Shown in pieces: positions 53,345 to 62,325 of a stretch of DNA of 64,000 nucleotides. Position 1 is the first letter of the stretch. The number at the start of each line of letters is the position of its first letter. The translations under genes and the position numbers were made by a program. The DNA is taken from NCBI GenBank assembly GCA_023484105.1, contig JAMDBD010000029.1, positions 56,716 to 120,715 of the forward strand, in the 5' to 3' direction. The notes beneath the pieces were generated by a model that saw only the letters and a program-made list of their open reading frames with translations, was not told the DNA's origin and did no database searches. This DNA comes from Thermoplasmatota archaeon. Its GTDB lineage: Archaea > Thermoplasmatota > Thermoplasmata > Thermoplasmatales > Thermoplasmataceae.

Positions 53345-54822
53345 GCACTTTTGAAGAGGTAGTCGAAATCGCCAAGAGAAGAGGCTTCTTCTGGCAGTCC
53401 TTTCAGTTATACAGCGGAGAATCTGGATTCTATGACTATGGCCCAGTTGGTGTCCTGATGAAGGATAGATTCATCGACATATTCAGAAGTATATATCTTG
53501 AAGAGGGTGGAATATTCATAGATACTCCGGCAATAACTCCAGCAAAGGTATTTCAAGCTTCCGGACACATAGAAAAGTTTGAGGACATGGCTGTAAAGTG
53601 CCCCTCATGTGGAAAGTTCAGCAAGATAGAGAGTTCTATGAAGGCTTCAGGAATTTCCAATGCCACGATATCTATGGAAAATGCGAAAAAACTTATTTCT
53701 GAAAGTTTACTCAAGTGCCCGCTTTGCGGGCACCCTGTTTCAGAGGTAGAGATGATGAACCTGATGTTCAGGATTCCCAGAAGAGAAGATCAGAATCCGT
53801 ACTACCTGAGACCTGAAACTGCTCAGGGCATATTCGTGAATTACAAGCTCCTGCTGAACCAGAACAGGGGAAAGCTGCCGATGATAGTTTGCCAGTACGG
53901 GAAAGGTTATCGGAATGAGATATCCCCAAGACAGGCTCTGATCAGGCAGAGAGAGTTTTTCATGGCCGAGGTTGAGAGTTTCATTGATCCTGACATGGAG
54001 TGGGATAGAGATCCGGATTCTTCAAACGCGGTAAGGTTTCTCGCGAATTCAGGCAGAGAGACCTTATGTACCCCGGCAGAAGCCCTCTCCTCCGGGATTG
54101 TGTCCAGCAAGCCAATGGCATATTTTATAGGGATAACTCATAAGCTGCTCAGAAGGTGCGGAATCAGAGAAAACCACCTCAGGTTCAGGCAGCATGCAAA
54201 GGATGAACTAGCTCACTACTCAAAGGACTGCTGGGATGCAGAGGCATTCATGGATGACGGATGGGTTGAGATAGTGGGAATAGCCGACAGAGGAGACTAT
54301 GATCTTCGCCGGCATTCAGAGTTCTCCGGTGAAGATTTCCAAACCGAAGGGAAAAAATTACCATTTGTAATAGAGCCTGCACATGGTGTTGACCGCATAA
54401 TACTTGCTGCGATGAATTCCTCTTACACAAAGAGCGACAAGGGATTCAAGGTGATGAAACTCTCACCTTTAATCTCGCCTTACATTGCGGCAGTTATGCC
54501 ATTGCAGGCCAGGGATGGTCTTGATGCCATCGCCACTGATTTTTACAGGAAACTGCTGGCACTTAACTCCTACGTTTGTTACGATGAGTCCGGTTCCATA
54601 GGCAGAAGGTATGCAAGGCAGGACGAAATTGGGACGCCGTTCTGCTTCACAGTGGATTATCAGACCAGAGATGACGGAACAGTAACACTCAGAGAAAGAG
54701 ATACCAGAGTCCAGAAGCGCTATCTGATGAAAGATATCCTGTCATTCCCTGTACTGAAAAACCCCTTAATAATGGATGATTTTGGGAAAATCAATCCTGA
54801 TGCAGCAGCGTTATTATCTTAG
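53341..54822 (+). CDS. glyS: Glycyl-tRNA synthetase (archaeal/eukaryal alpha2 type); the start codon is unresolved and is possibly CTG at 53341
   Basis: The tracked ORF starts at ATG 53458. The same frame is open from 53332 and encodes STFEEVVEIAKRRGFFWQSFQLYSGESGFYDYGPVGVL, which is the conserved GlyRS N-terminus. Downstream are YLRPETAQGIF, QYGKGYRNEISPRQALIRQREF and class II motifs. Confidence 0.85.
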   Translation: MSTFEEVVEIAKRRGFFWQSFQLYSGESGFYDYGPVGVLMKDRFIDIFRSIYLEEGGIFIDTPAITPAKVFQASGHIEKFEDMAVKCPSCGKFSKIESSMKASGISNATISMENAKKLISESLLKCPLCGHPVSEVEMMNLMFRIPRREDQNPYYLRPETAQGIFVNYKLLLNQNRGKLPMIVCQYGKGYRNEISPRQALIRQREFFMAEVESFIDPDMEWDRDPDSSNAVRFLANSGRETLCTPAEALSSGIVSSKPMAYFIGITHKLLRRCGIRENHLRFRQHAKDELAHYSKDCWDAEAFMDDGWVEIVGIADRGDYDLRRHSEFSGEDFQTEGKKLPFVIEPAHGVDRIILAAMNSSYTKSDKGFKVMKLSPLISPYIAAVMPLQARDGLDAIATDFYRKLLALNSYVCYDESGSIGRRYARQDEIGTPFCFTVDYQTRDDGTVTLRERDTRVQKRYLMKDILSFPVLKNPLIMDDFGKINPDAAALLS

Positions 54823-54988
54823 CCGGACAGAGGGACATCACTTCTTTGAGCCTTGTGAAGTCAATATCTTCCGTCGAAGTTATTGTTGCCTTTCCATCGT
54901 CGGCCATCTCAAAGATGTCAGGCATAAGTGCAGTGCATATCGCCTCCCCGAGGCAGTGTTCCCTGTCTATATCTATCTTACTGGCCAT
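54791..54988 (-). CDS. Small single-cluster ferredoxin
   Basis: IDREHCLGEAICTALMPDIF...CPAKII is the pattern of Fer4_13/15-type [3Fe-4S]/[4Fe-4S] ferredoxins. It overlaps sufU by 11 nt. Confidence 0.7.
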   Translation of the reverse strand: MASKIDIDREHCLGEAICTALMPDIFEMADDGKATITSTEDIDFTRLKEVMSLCPAKIITLLHQD

Positions 54989-55364
54989 CAGATGACCCTC
55001 CCGCTGACAGCGATTTCCTCATTGCATTGAGAGACAGCAGGGCACACTTTTCCCTGGCCGGACCAAGGCTGACTCCAAGCTTAAGCAGATAATCCTGATC
55101 TGTTATTGCAGCTGCCTCCGCTGCAGGCATACCCTTGACCGTTTCCGTAAGTATAGATGCCGAGGCCTGGCTGATGGAACAACCGCGCCCCATGAACTTT
55201 ATTTCGTCAATTATACCATTACTGATATGCATTTCTATGTGCACCGTATCACCACAGATTGGGTTGTACTCGGTTATTCCATGGGTGAAATCCTTAACTG
55301 ATCCATAATTGTGTGGATTTCTGTAATGATCCATGAGAACTTCATATGCGAGATCCTCGCTCAT
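54978..55364 (-). CDS. sufU: SufU / IscU-like sulfur-transfer scaffold protein
   Basis: YRNPHNYG, NPICGDTV, GRGCSISQASASIL and REKCALLSL. Confidence 0.85.
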   Translation of the reverse strand: MSEDLAYEVLMDHYRNPHNYGSVKDFTHGITEYNPICGDTVHIEMHISNGIIDEIKFMGRGCSISQASASILTETVKGMPAAEAAAITDQDYLLKLGVSLGPAREKCALLSLNAMRKSLSAGGSSDGQ

Positions 55365-56644
55365 TGCCTGAACCTCATGATCGCATCATTCAAACCTATA
55401 AAGAATTTATCGACCTCTTCCCTGGTGTTGTAAAGATAGAATGAAGCCCTTGCTGTTGCCTGTACGTTCAGCTTATCCATAAGAGGCATTGCACAGTGGT
55501 GGCCAGACCTTATTGATATGCCTTCGCCGTTTATGAGCGATGCAACGTCGTGAGGATGGATAGCATCTCTTGAGATCTTCACTCCGGACTGCTCCATCTC
55601 CTTCTCCAGATTGAATGCCGGAATATCACCTATGTTGAAGGAATACACACCTGCCCTGATATGTATCGATTTGGGGCCAAAAGATCTCAGCCCTTCTATG
55701 TAATGCTCCTCCTGAAGAGCGTAAAGAATGAGGTCCATTTCATGCTTCCTGATTTCATCCATCCCGATCTTCCTGAGGTAGTCAACTGCAGCGGAAAGTC
55801 CTACCGCATCTGCCACATTAGGGGTACCGGCCTCAAACTTGTGAGGTACGGAATTCCATGTTGCCCCTTCCTTTGTTACCGAACTGATCATGTCGCCTCC
55901 GCCCATATATGGCGGCATATTCTCCAGCAGATCGATCTTTCCATAAAGGCCGCCAATACCCATTGGGCCAAGCATCTTGTGGCCTGAAAAGGCGAAGAAG
56001 TCACAGTCAATATCTGTGACATCAATTGGCATATGAGGTACGCTCTGTGCACCGTCAACAACGTATAATGATCCGTTCTCGTGGGCTATTTTTCCCAGTT
56101 CCTTCACATCGTTTATAGTACCAAGAACATTAGAGACATGCGTTACTGAAACTATCTTTGTTTTCTGGTTTATCTTTGACTTGAAGTCCTCTATCGATAG
56201 TGTTCCATTCTCGTTTATCCTGGCAAACTGAACCTTTACCCCCTTGTCCTTAAGGAACTGCCATGGGACTATATTGGAGTGGTGTTCCATCTCTGTAAGA
56301 AGAATCTCATCCCCGCTTGCAAGGGACTTTCCAAGAGAACTGGCCACGAGGTTCAGTGCTTCAGTGGTATTCCGGACGAACACAAGAGATCTGGGGTCCC
56401 TGCTTCCTATGAATTCTGATATGTTCTTTCTAGCCCGTTCATACATATCTGTGGATTCTTCGCTCAGCCTGTATATTCCCCTATGCACATTACTGTTGAA
56501 ATTTTCGTAGTAATCCTTTATGGCTTCAACTACCTGATAAGGTTTCTGTGTTGTTGCTGCATTGTCAAGATATATGATCTCCTTTCCATCAATCATCCTC
56601 CTGAATATAGGGAAGTCGTTTCTTATCCTGATAGGGTCCAACAT
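55361..56644 (-). CDS. sufS: Cysteine desulfurase, group II (SufS)
   Basis: IYLDNAATTQKP, NVHRG, FSGHKMLGPMGIGGLYG (PLP-binding Lys) and RSGHHCAMPL (catalytic Cys). Confidence 0.92.
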   Translation of the reverse strand: MLDPIRIRNDFPIFRRMIDGKEIIYLDNAATTQKPYQVVEAIKDYYENFNSNVHRGIYRLSEESTDMYERARKNISEFIGSRDPRSLVFVRNTTEALNLVASSLGKSLASGDEILLTEMEHHSNIVPWQFLKDKGVKVQFARINENGTLSIEDFKSKINQKTKIVSVTHVSNVLGTINDVKELGKIAHENGSLYVVDGAQSVPHMPIDVTDIDCDFFAFSGHKMLGPMGIGGLYGKIDLLENMPPYMGGGDMISSVTKEGATWNSVPHKFEAGTPNVADAVGLSAAVDYLRKIGMDEIRKHEMDLILYALQEEHYIEGLRSFGPKSIHIRAGVYSFNIGDIPAFNLEKEMEQSGVKISRDAIHPHDVASLINGEGISIRSGHHCAMPLMDKLNVQATARASFYLYNTREEVDKFFIGLNDAIMRFRQ

Positions 56645-57870
56645 TACAAGTCAATATGTTTGGCAAGTTCATGAACTTTGTTGATCATGATATCCGATCC
56701 TGACTGTTCAAGGTATGATGACAGAAAACCCTCTGTGATTATTGTCCTGGCATTTTTTCTGTCTATTCCCCTGCTCTGAAGATAGAATATCTCATCCTGA
56801 TCCACGCTGCTTATGGCAGAACCGTGCTTGGACCTTGTATTGTTATTTTTAATAACCAGGGCAGGTTTTGAATTGGCGTAAGCCTTCTCTGAAAGAAGCA
56901 GAAGTTTTGAATCATAAAAACCGGTTGACTGGATGCTTTTCTCCTCTATATCAATGTTCCCCCTGTGCATAGTGATACTGGAATCAGTAACAGCGCCCTT
57001 GACCTGTATATTTGCATGTGTGGATTTACCGGTCTGGAAGCTGCTGTCCATTATGTCCATCTGCTGGTCATTCCTGGACAGGTTCACACCAAATGTTCTG
57101 AATGTGGAATTGTCACCCATCATCTCAGACTCGTTGTAAAATAACACCTTCGAAGATCCGTAGTTCAGATGATAGATCCTGAAATCTGCCCCCTCGCTCA
57201 GATAGGATCTTATGAATGTTATGTCTGTACTATGATCCTCCTTTCCCTGAATGTAATTGAAAACAACCCTTGAATTCTGGCCTACCTCTATGTAGATGTT
57301 CCTTCCAAAAGTATTGCTGTTATCACGCAATGATGTGTAGCTGTCCGTTATATTCACGGTATTTCCCGCACCACAGGCTATGTAGGATTTTGTTGCAAGA
57401 GAGCGGGATCCACTGAGAATATTGCTTATATTAAGAGTTACATTTCCGTGGAAATCTGGGATTTCCAAATAATATCCATTCTCCCATGCCGCGTTTATAA
57501 GGTGTTCTTCTCTCCCTTTTCCGTACCTTTCAAATATTGCCGATCCCCTGTTCATGCTGCACGCGACGGAGTTAAGATCTGTAATAAGTATACCACTGAT
57601 CTCCCGGTCTTCTTTCAGTTTTCCATCGTAGATCGCCACATCGGCTGGTTCCCGCTCATTGGTTTTTGCAAATGAGGATTCGGCTTCGCCGCTGCCCGCT
57701 TCAAGAAGTTTCTCCAGCTCAGTGTCGGTGATACTTACGTAATCCTTTGTGGTAGGACTTTCCTTATAGCTTCTCGGCCTTGATCTCAGGAAATTCTTGA
57801 AGCTTTCCAGCCTGAAACCATATGCTGAATTGCCAAAGCGATCCCTGAGTATATCGGCAAAGGTCTCCAT
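56644..57870 (-). CDS. sufD: Fe-S cluster assembly protein SufD
   Basis: 408 aa with a beta-helix-type repeat region and C-terminal KHGSAISSVDQDEIFYLQSRGIDRKNARTIITEGF. It lies between sufB and sufS. Confidence 0.85.
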   Translation of the reverse strand: METFADILRDRFGNSAYGFRLESFKNFLRSRPRSYKESPTTKDYVSITDTELEKLLEAGSGEAESSFAKTNEREPADVAIYDGKLKEDREISGILITDLNSVACSMNRGSAIFERYGKGREEHLINAAWENGYYLEIPDFHGNVTLNISNILSGSRSLATKSYIACGAGNTVNITDSYTSLRDNSNTFGRNIYIEVGQNSRVVFNYIQGKEDHSTDITFIRSYLSEGADFRIYHLNYGSSKVLFYNESEMMGDNSTFRTFGVNLSRNDQQMDIMDSSFQTGKSTHANIQVKGAVTDSSITMHRGNIDIEEKSIQSTGFYDSKLLLLSEKAYANSKPALVIKNNNTRSKHGSAISSVDQDEIFYLQSRGIDRKNARTIITEGFLSSYLEQSGSDIMINKVHELAKHIDL

Positions 57871-57886
57871 TCAGTGCACCCCAAAA

Positions 57887-59338
57887 TTATCCGACCGCCC
57901 CGTATTTGCTCATCTCAAGCTTTATTAGCCTGTTCATCTCAACGGCAAACTCCATTGGTATTTCCCTCATAACGTCGTCCAGGAAACCGAGTACTATCAT
58001 GGAACTTGCCTCGTCCTCTGAGAGACCACGGGATCTGAGATAGGTGAGTTCCTCTGTTCCTATTTTACCCACAGAAGCCTCATGGGAAAAGGTTGCCGTG
58101 GGCTCATATATTTCGTCATGTGGGTATGTGAATGATGATGATTCATCGTTTATAAGGAGTGCATCACACTGAACCTTGCTCTTGGAGTTTATGGCTCCTT
58201 TGTTAACCCTTAGAAGCCCTCTGTAAACTGCCTTTCCATCCTCTATACTTATGCTCTTTGCCACAATCCTTGAGCTGGTGTATGGGGCAAAGTGCAGCGC
58301 CTTGGCCCCCGTATCCTTATAAGTGCCGGCACCTGCAAGCGCGATGTTCAGGTTTGATGCTGTTGCATAGGCACCCCTGAGATAGGAGGATGGATAGAGC
58401 ATAGTGACCTTCGATCCCAGAGATCCGCCAACCCATTCCATCTGGGCATGCTCGTCCACCCATGCCCTCTTTGTCGGCATGTTATAGACACTTTTTGACC
58501 AGTTCTGTACGCTGGTATATCTTGCCTTCGCATTCTTCTTTACATAAATTTCAACAATTGCACTGTGAAGCGAGTCCCTGTCATATCTTGGAGCGGTACA
58601 CCCTTCAATATAGTGCACCTTGGAACCCTCGTCGGCTATAACTATGGTATGTTCAAACTGACCGGTAGCCTCACCGTTCATCCTGAAATAAGTCTGCAGA
58701 GGCATGTCTATCTGAACACCCTTTGGAACGTACAGGAAAGATCCGCCGCTCCAGACAGCGCCGTTGAGGGCCGCGAACTTGTTGTCTGTAACCGGTACTG
58801 CCTTGCAGTAATATTCCTTCACAAGATCAGGGTATTTCTGCACTGCAGAATCCAGATCCATAAAAACCACGCCCTTGTCCTCCCACACCTTCTTAAGGTT
58901 GTGATATACACCCTCGCTGTCATACTGGGCCACTGAACCTGCAAGATATTTCTGCTCTATCTCCGGTATACCTAGCTTCTGGAATGTCTGCTTTATCTGA
59001 TCCGGAACCTCATTCCAGTCATTTACCCTCCTCTCGTCGGGCCTGTTGTAGTATGAAGTGTTCTCCCAGTCTATGCCGGAAAGATCCGGACCCCATGTGG
59101 GAACGGGTTTACTCTGGAATATTTCAAGTGCCTTGAGCCTCAAGCGTCTCATCCACTCCGGCTCCTTCTTTATCTCTGATATTTCTTCAACAGTGGATCT
59201 GTTGAGACCCGTACCAGTCGTGTATACCGGCTTCAAATTATCATGAAACTCATAGTCGTTCTGTTTTATTTCCTTGAGTTCCTTCAACAGTTTTTCCAGT
59301 TCTTCATCCTTTCTGTAATCTATTTCCATTTCATGCAC
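57887..59338 (-). CDS. sufB: Fe-S cluster assembly protein SufB
   Basis: FAALNGAVWSGGSFLYVPKGV, HTIVIADEGSKVHYIEGCTAP and HEASVGKIGTEELTYLRSRGLSEDEASSMIVLGF. Confidence 0.95.
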   Translation of the reverse strand: MHEMEIDYRKDEELEKLLKELKEIKQNDYEFHDNLKPVYTTGTGLNRSTVEEISEIKKEPEWMRRLRLKALEIFQSKPVPTWGPDLSGIDWENTSYYNRPDERRVNDWNEVPDQIKQTFQKLGIPEIEQKYLAGSVAQYDSEGVYHNLKKVWEDKGVVFMDLDSAVQKYPDLVKEYYCKAVPVTDNKFAALNGAVWSGGSFLYVPKGVQIDMPLQTYFRMNGEATGQFEHTIVIADEGSKVHYIEGCTAPRYDRDSLHSAIVEIYVKKNAKARYTSVQNWSKSVYNMPTKRAWVDEHAQMEWVGGSLGSKVTMLYPSSYLRGAYATASNLNIALAGAGTYKDTGAKALHFAPYTSSRIVAKSISIEDGKAVYRGLLRVNKGAINSKSKVQCDALLINDESSSFTYPHDEIYEPTATFSHEASVGKIGTEELTYLRSRGLSEDEASSMIVLGFLDDVMREIPMEFAVEMNRLIKLEMSKYGAVG

Positions 59339-60071
59339 CTCTTATCCAGTCATATCCCTGCTCTTCTATTTTGAGCGATATGTCATTTGAGCCCTCCATG
59401 ATCATTTTGCCGTTCATCATTACATGGACAAACTGAGGCTCTATATTCTTGAGAATTCTCTGATAGTGAGTGATTATCAGGAAACCAACATCCTGACTGT
59501 AATATTCTTTTATCTCCTCCGAAACCATCTTCAGGGCATCCACATCAAGGCCCGAGTCTATTTCATCCAGCACAACTATCTTAGGTCTCAGTATGATCAT
59601 CTGCAGTATTTCAAAACGCTTTCTCTCTCCCCCTGAAAAACCGTCATTGACGGATCTGGATATGAACGACTCTTCCAGGCCAACCCTCTTCATGTGAAGC
59701 TTCACACGGTCGTAGAAATCCTGAATGCTCATCTTCTCGTTCGGGTGAACCTGATTGTAAGCTGTTCTTAGAAATGTGGACAGTTTTACCCCCTGCACTG
59801 CCACAGGGTTCTGAAATGCAAGGAACAGGCCGTTTTTTGCCCTCTCCTCCGGGGTGGTTCCAACTAGTTCCTTTCCGTCAATCCTGATGGAACCTGAAGT
59901 TACCGTATAATTCGGATGCCCCATAAGCACATATCCTAGGGTGCTCTTTCCTGCCCCGTTTGGACCCATGAGAGCATGTATCTCACCGCCCCTAACTGTC
60001 AGGGAAAGGTCATTTATTAATTCCTTATCTTCAACTCTGGCGTAAAGGTTCTTTATTTCAAGCACAGACAT
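59331..60071 (-). CDS. sufC: Fe-S cluster assembly ATPase SufC
   Basis: Walker A GPNGAGKST, ABC signature FSGGERKR and Walker B IVVLDEIDSGLD. Confidence 0.95.
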   Translation of the reverse strand: MSVLEIKNLYARVEDKELINDLSLTVRGGEIHALMGPNGAGKSTLGYVLMGHPNYTVTSGSIRIDGKELVGTTPEERAKNGLFLAFQNPVAVQGVKLSTFLRTAYNQVHPNEKMSIQDFYDRVKLHMKRVGLEESFISRSVNDGFSGGERKRFEILQMIILRPKIVVLDEIDSGLDVDALKMVSEEIKEYYSQDVGFLIITHYQRILKNIEPQFVHVMMNGKMIMEGSNDISLKIEEQGYDWIRGA

Positions 60072-60090
60072 AGTTTTTGAATTGTTACGA

Positions 60091-60119
60091 TGTATTTAAA
60101 CAATTTTGTATGTTTAAAA
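60091..60119. promoter_or_regulatory. Divergent suf / regulator promoter region with a direct repeat TGTAT(G)TTTAAA
   Basis: tgtatttaaa (60091-60100) and tgtatgtttaaaa (60107-60119). The TTTAAA elements sit about 25 nt from the sufC ATG (60071) and upstream of the regulator ATG (60157). Confidence 0.35.
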
Positions 60120-60156
60120 TGACTAAATTTTAATAGACATATGCTATGATTGATTT

Positions 60157-60822
60157 ATGCTAACGCAGGATTCCAATGTTCTGACTTCTCTTTTCGGCTC
60201 CACAAAATCTTCAATACTGGAATATCTGTGCAGATATGAGGCCAGCATGGACGATCTTGCACGCACGCTTGGCGTAAACAAAAATGCAGTGAAGGAGCAT
60301 ATGGAATACCTTGAGAACAGGGGATATGTCAGATCATATTTCAGAAATGAGGGCGTAGGAAGACCGAGAAAGTATTACGAGTTGACAGAAAAGGGTTTTG
60401 AACTATTCCCGAAGAAATACAGCCTCTTCGCCGGGCTTCTGATAGAGGTACTTCAGGAAGATCTCGGATCCGACAGAGTTGACGAAATCCTGAACAGGGT
60501 TGCCCTGAGAATTCTGCAGAAAACATCATATGATTCGCAGTCTGACCATTCATACAGCAGGGATGAGAAGATAAGGAGGTTGGAAGATTTCGTGTCGGCG
60601 CTGAATGAGCTTGGATATTATGCAAGGCTTGAGATCTTGGGAGATACTGTTAGAATAATAAGAAGCAACTGTGTTTTCTATGAGATTGCAAAAAATAATT
60701 CAGGAAAAATCTGCGGATCGCTGGATTCTGATATTATAAGAAATTCAACAGGAAACGATTTCAGCATCGTAGAGAAGTTTACAAACGGATCTAGGAAATG
60801 TGTTGTTGAACTCAGGCTCTGA
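60157..60822 (+). CDS. SufR-like (COG2345-type) winged-helix transcriptional regulator
   Basis: wHTH with GRPRKYYELTEKG. The C-terminal domain has three spaced Cys (SNCVFYEIAKNNSGKICGS...GSRKCVVEL). It is divergent from sufC. Confidence 0.6.
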   Translation: MLTQDSNVLTSLFGSTKSSILEYLCRYEASMDDLARTLGVNKNAVKEHMEYLENRGYVRSYFRNEGVGRPRKYYELTEKGFELFPKKYSLFAGLLIEVLQEDLGSDRVDEILNRVALRILQKTSYDSQSDHSYSRDEKIRRLEDFVSALNELGYYARLEILGDTVRIIRSNCVFYEIAKNNSGKICGSLDSDIIRNSTGNDFSIVEKFTNGSRKCVVELRL

Positions 60823-60825
60823 TTC

Positions 60826-62325
60826 CTACTGATAAGATGGATCGTCCTGCTTGCTTGTATATGTATAGAAGTATTCCTCTGCCCTCTGTGACATCGTGTT
60901 TTCTGAGGACATGGCATTCTGGAGATTTCCATAGCTCCTCTTAATCTTCTCCTCTACTGGCAGATAGAGTTTCAGCGCCTCCCGGACATGAGCCGGTTCG
61001 ATCAATTTTGACCCCTCTATGACAGCAATATCCCCTGCAACTCTGACAAGGCCACCCATTTCCCTCAATCTCAGAGTGAGTGCATTCTCCTTCTTATCCA
61101 CTATTTGCGCCCTTCTCTTACCCTCTTCTATAACAATCTGCATGGCCTCGTATGACATTGGAGGTATCTTTCCATCCGTAGATATTTCCTGGGCAATGAA
61201 CTGCATGTACTTGTATCTGTTTTCATCGTTATCAGACATGGCGGTTTCCATAAGCACCTCATAACCATTACCAAGAATTCTGGATCTCAATGGACTTAGT
61301 ATTGTCTGCAGATCCTGAATGTTGCAGGCAGCAACGAGAATGAAATCACATGGCACCCTGTCCACCCTTACGCTTGCACCCGCACTCTGAGGATTCCTTC
61401 CTGTTATTGGAAACGACCTCTCCTGCATGGCTGTCAGAATGAATCTCTGAAGGTTTCCAAGATGTGTTATCTCGTCTATAAACAGAACACCTTCATGTGC
61501 TTCATGTACCGCCCCTGCAACAACTCTCTCGTACGGAAGGGTTCCAAGTTGCGGATGGCCACCGTATGGATCGTGACGAACATCTCCAAGCAGTTCTGTT
61601 TCGCTGGCTCCTGTGGCGAGAACAAACGGATTGCGATCAAGCGGTATTATGACCTTGCTAGGGTTCTTCTTTTCCATTTTCCTCCTTCTTTCAAGGGTCT
61701 TTTCGTCCAGAACCCTGACCATTTCGCCTGCCCTTTCATAAACGATTATCTCGGATCTTTCGCCAACTCTCCTGGTCGAGGTCACCCTTTCCTGATTATT
61801 TTGAACTCCAAAGGCAGCACCGATAACGTTAAAGACGTCACCGAAGGGACCCTGCCCCGGACCCTGCAGCTTCTGTGAAGAGCAATGAGGGCAGGTGATT
61901 TCTGTGTAAGATGAATACTGCCCGCACTTTGGGCATCTGTAGCCAAGCCTCTCTGCAACTGACGGCGGAACCTGCCTTGGATCCGAGAGATAACCCTCAG
62001 CGTATGAGGTTTCTTCCCTCTCCCTACTTATCTCCTCCGCACTCTTTACTTCAAAGAACGGCCGTTCTGGCTGCTGAGGGTTATGAACCACCCTTATTTC
62101 CTGCTGCGGCCTTGGAATATAAAAGGAGAGTGCCTGGGCAATCATTGATTTACCTATTCCTGGTGGACCTACAAGGAGCAAGTTTCTTCTCTGCTTAGCA
62201 GCAACCAGAGCAAGTCTTACAGCCTCTGGCTGGCCGATTACCCTCTCGAGCGGGGAAGACGGAATCTTTACACTTGTTGAATCTGTGATATCGCTGTCAC
62301 TTGCATTCACATACGGCGATCCCAA
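60826..62325 (-). CDS. LonB-like AAA+ ATPase lacking the protease domain and TM insert, with a zinc-ribbon insertion
   Basis: VIGQPEAVRLALVAAKQRRNLLLVGPPGIGKSM (Walker A), LLGDVRHDPYGG, GVLFIDEI (Walker B), LTAMQERSFPITG, VPCDFILVAACN and SPLRSRI are all collinear with the archaeal Lon AAA+ module. CPKCG...CPHCS lies between Walker A and Walker B. The protein ends about 130 aa after the AAA+ module. Confidence 0.7.
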   Translation of the reverse strand: MGSPYVNASDSDITDSTSVKIPSSPLERVIGQPEAVRLALVAAKQRRNLLLVGPPGIGKSMIAQALSFYIPRPQQEIRVVHNPQQPERPFFEVKSAEEISREREETSYAEGYLSDPRQVPPSVAERLGYRCPKCGQYSSYTEITCPHCSSQKLQGPGQGPFGDVFNVIGAAFGVQNNQERVTSTRRVGERSEIIVYERAGEMVRVLDEKTLERRRKMEKKNPSKVIIPLDRNPFVLATGASETELLGDVRHDPYGGHPQLGTLPYERVVAGAVHEAHEGVLFIDEITHLGNLQRFILTAMQERSFPITGRNPQSAGASVRVDRVPCDFILVAACNIQDLQTILSPLRSRILGNGYEVLMETAMSDNDENRYKYMQFIAQEISTDGKIPPMSYEAMQIVIEEGKRRAQIVDKKENALTLRLREMGGLVRVAGDIAVIEGSKLIEPAHVREALKLYLPVEEKIKRSYGNLQNAMSSENTMSQRAEEYFYTYTSKQDDPSYQ

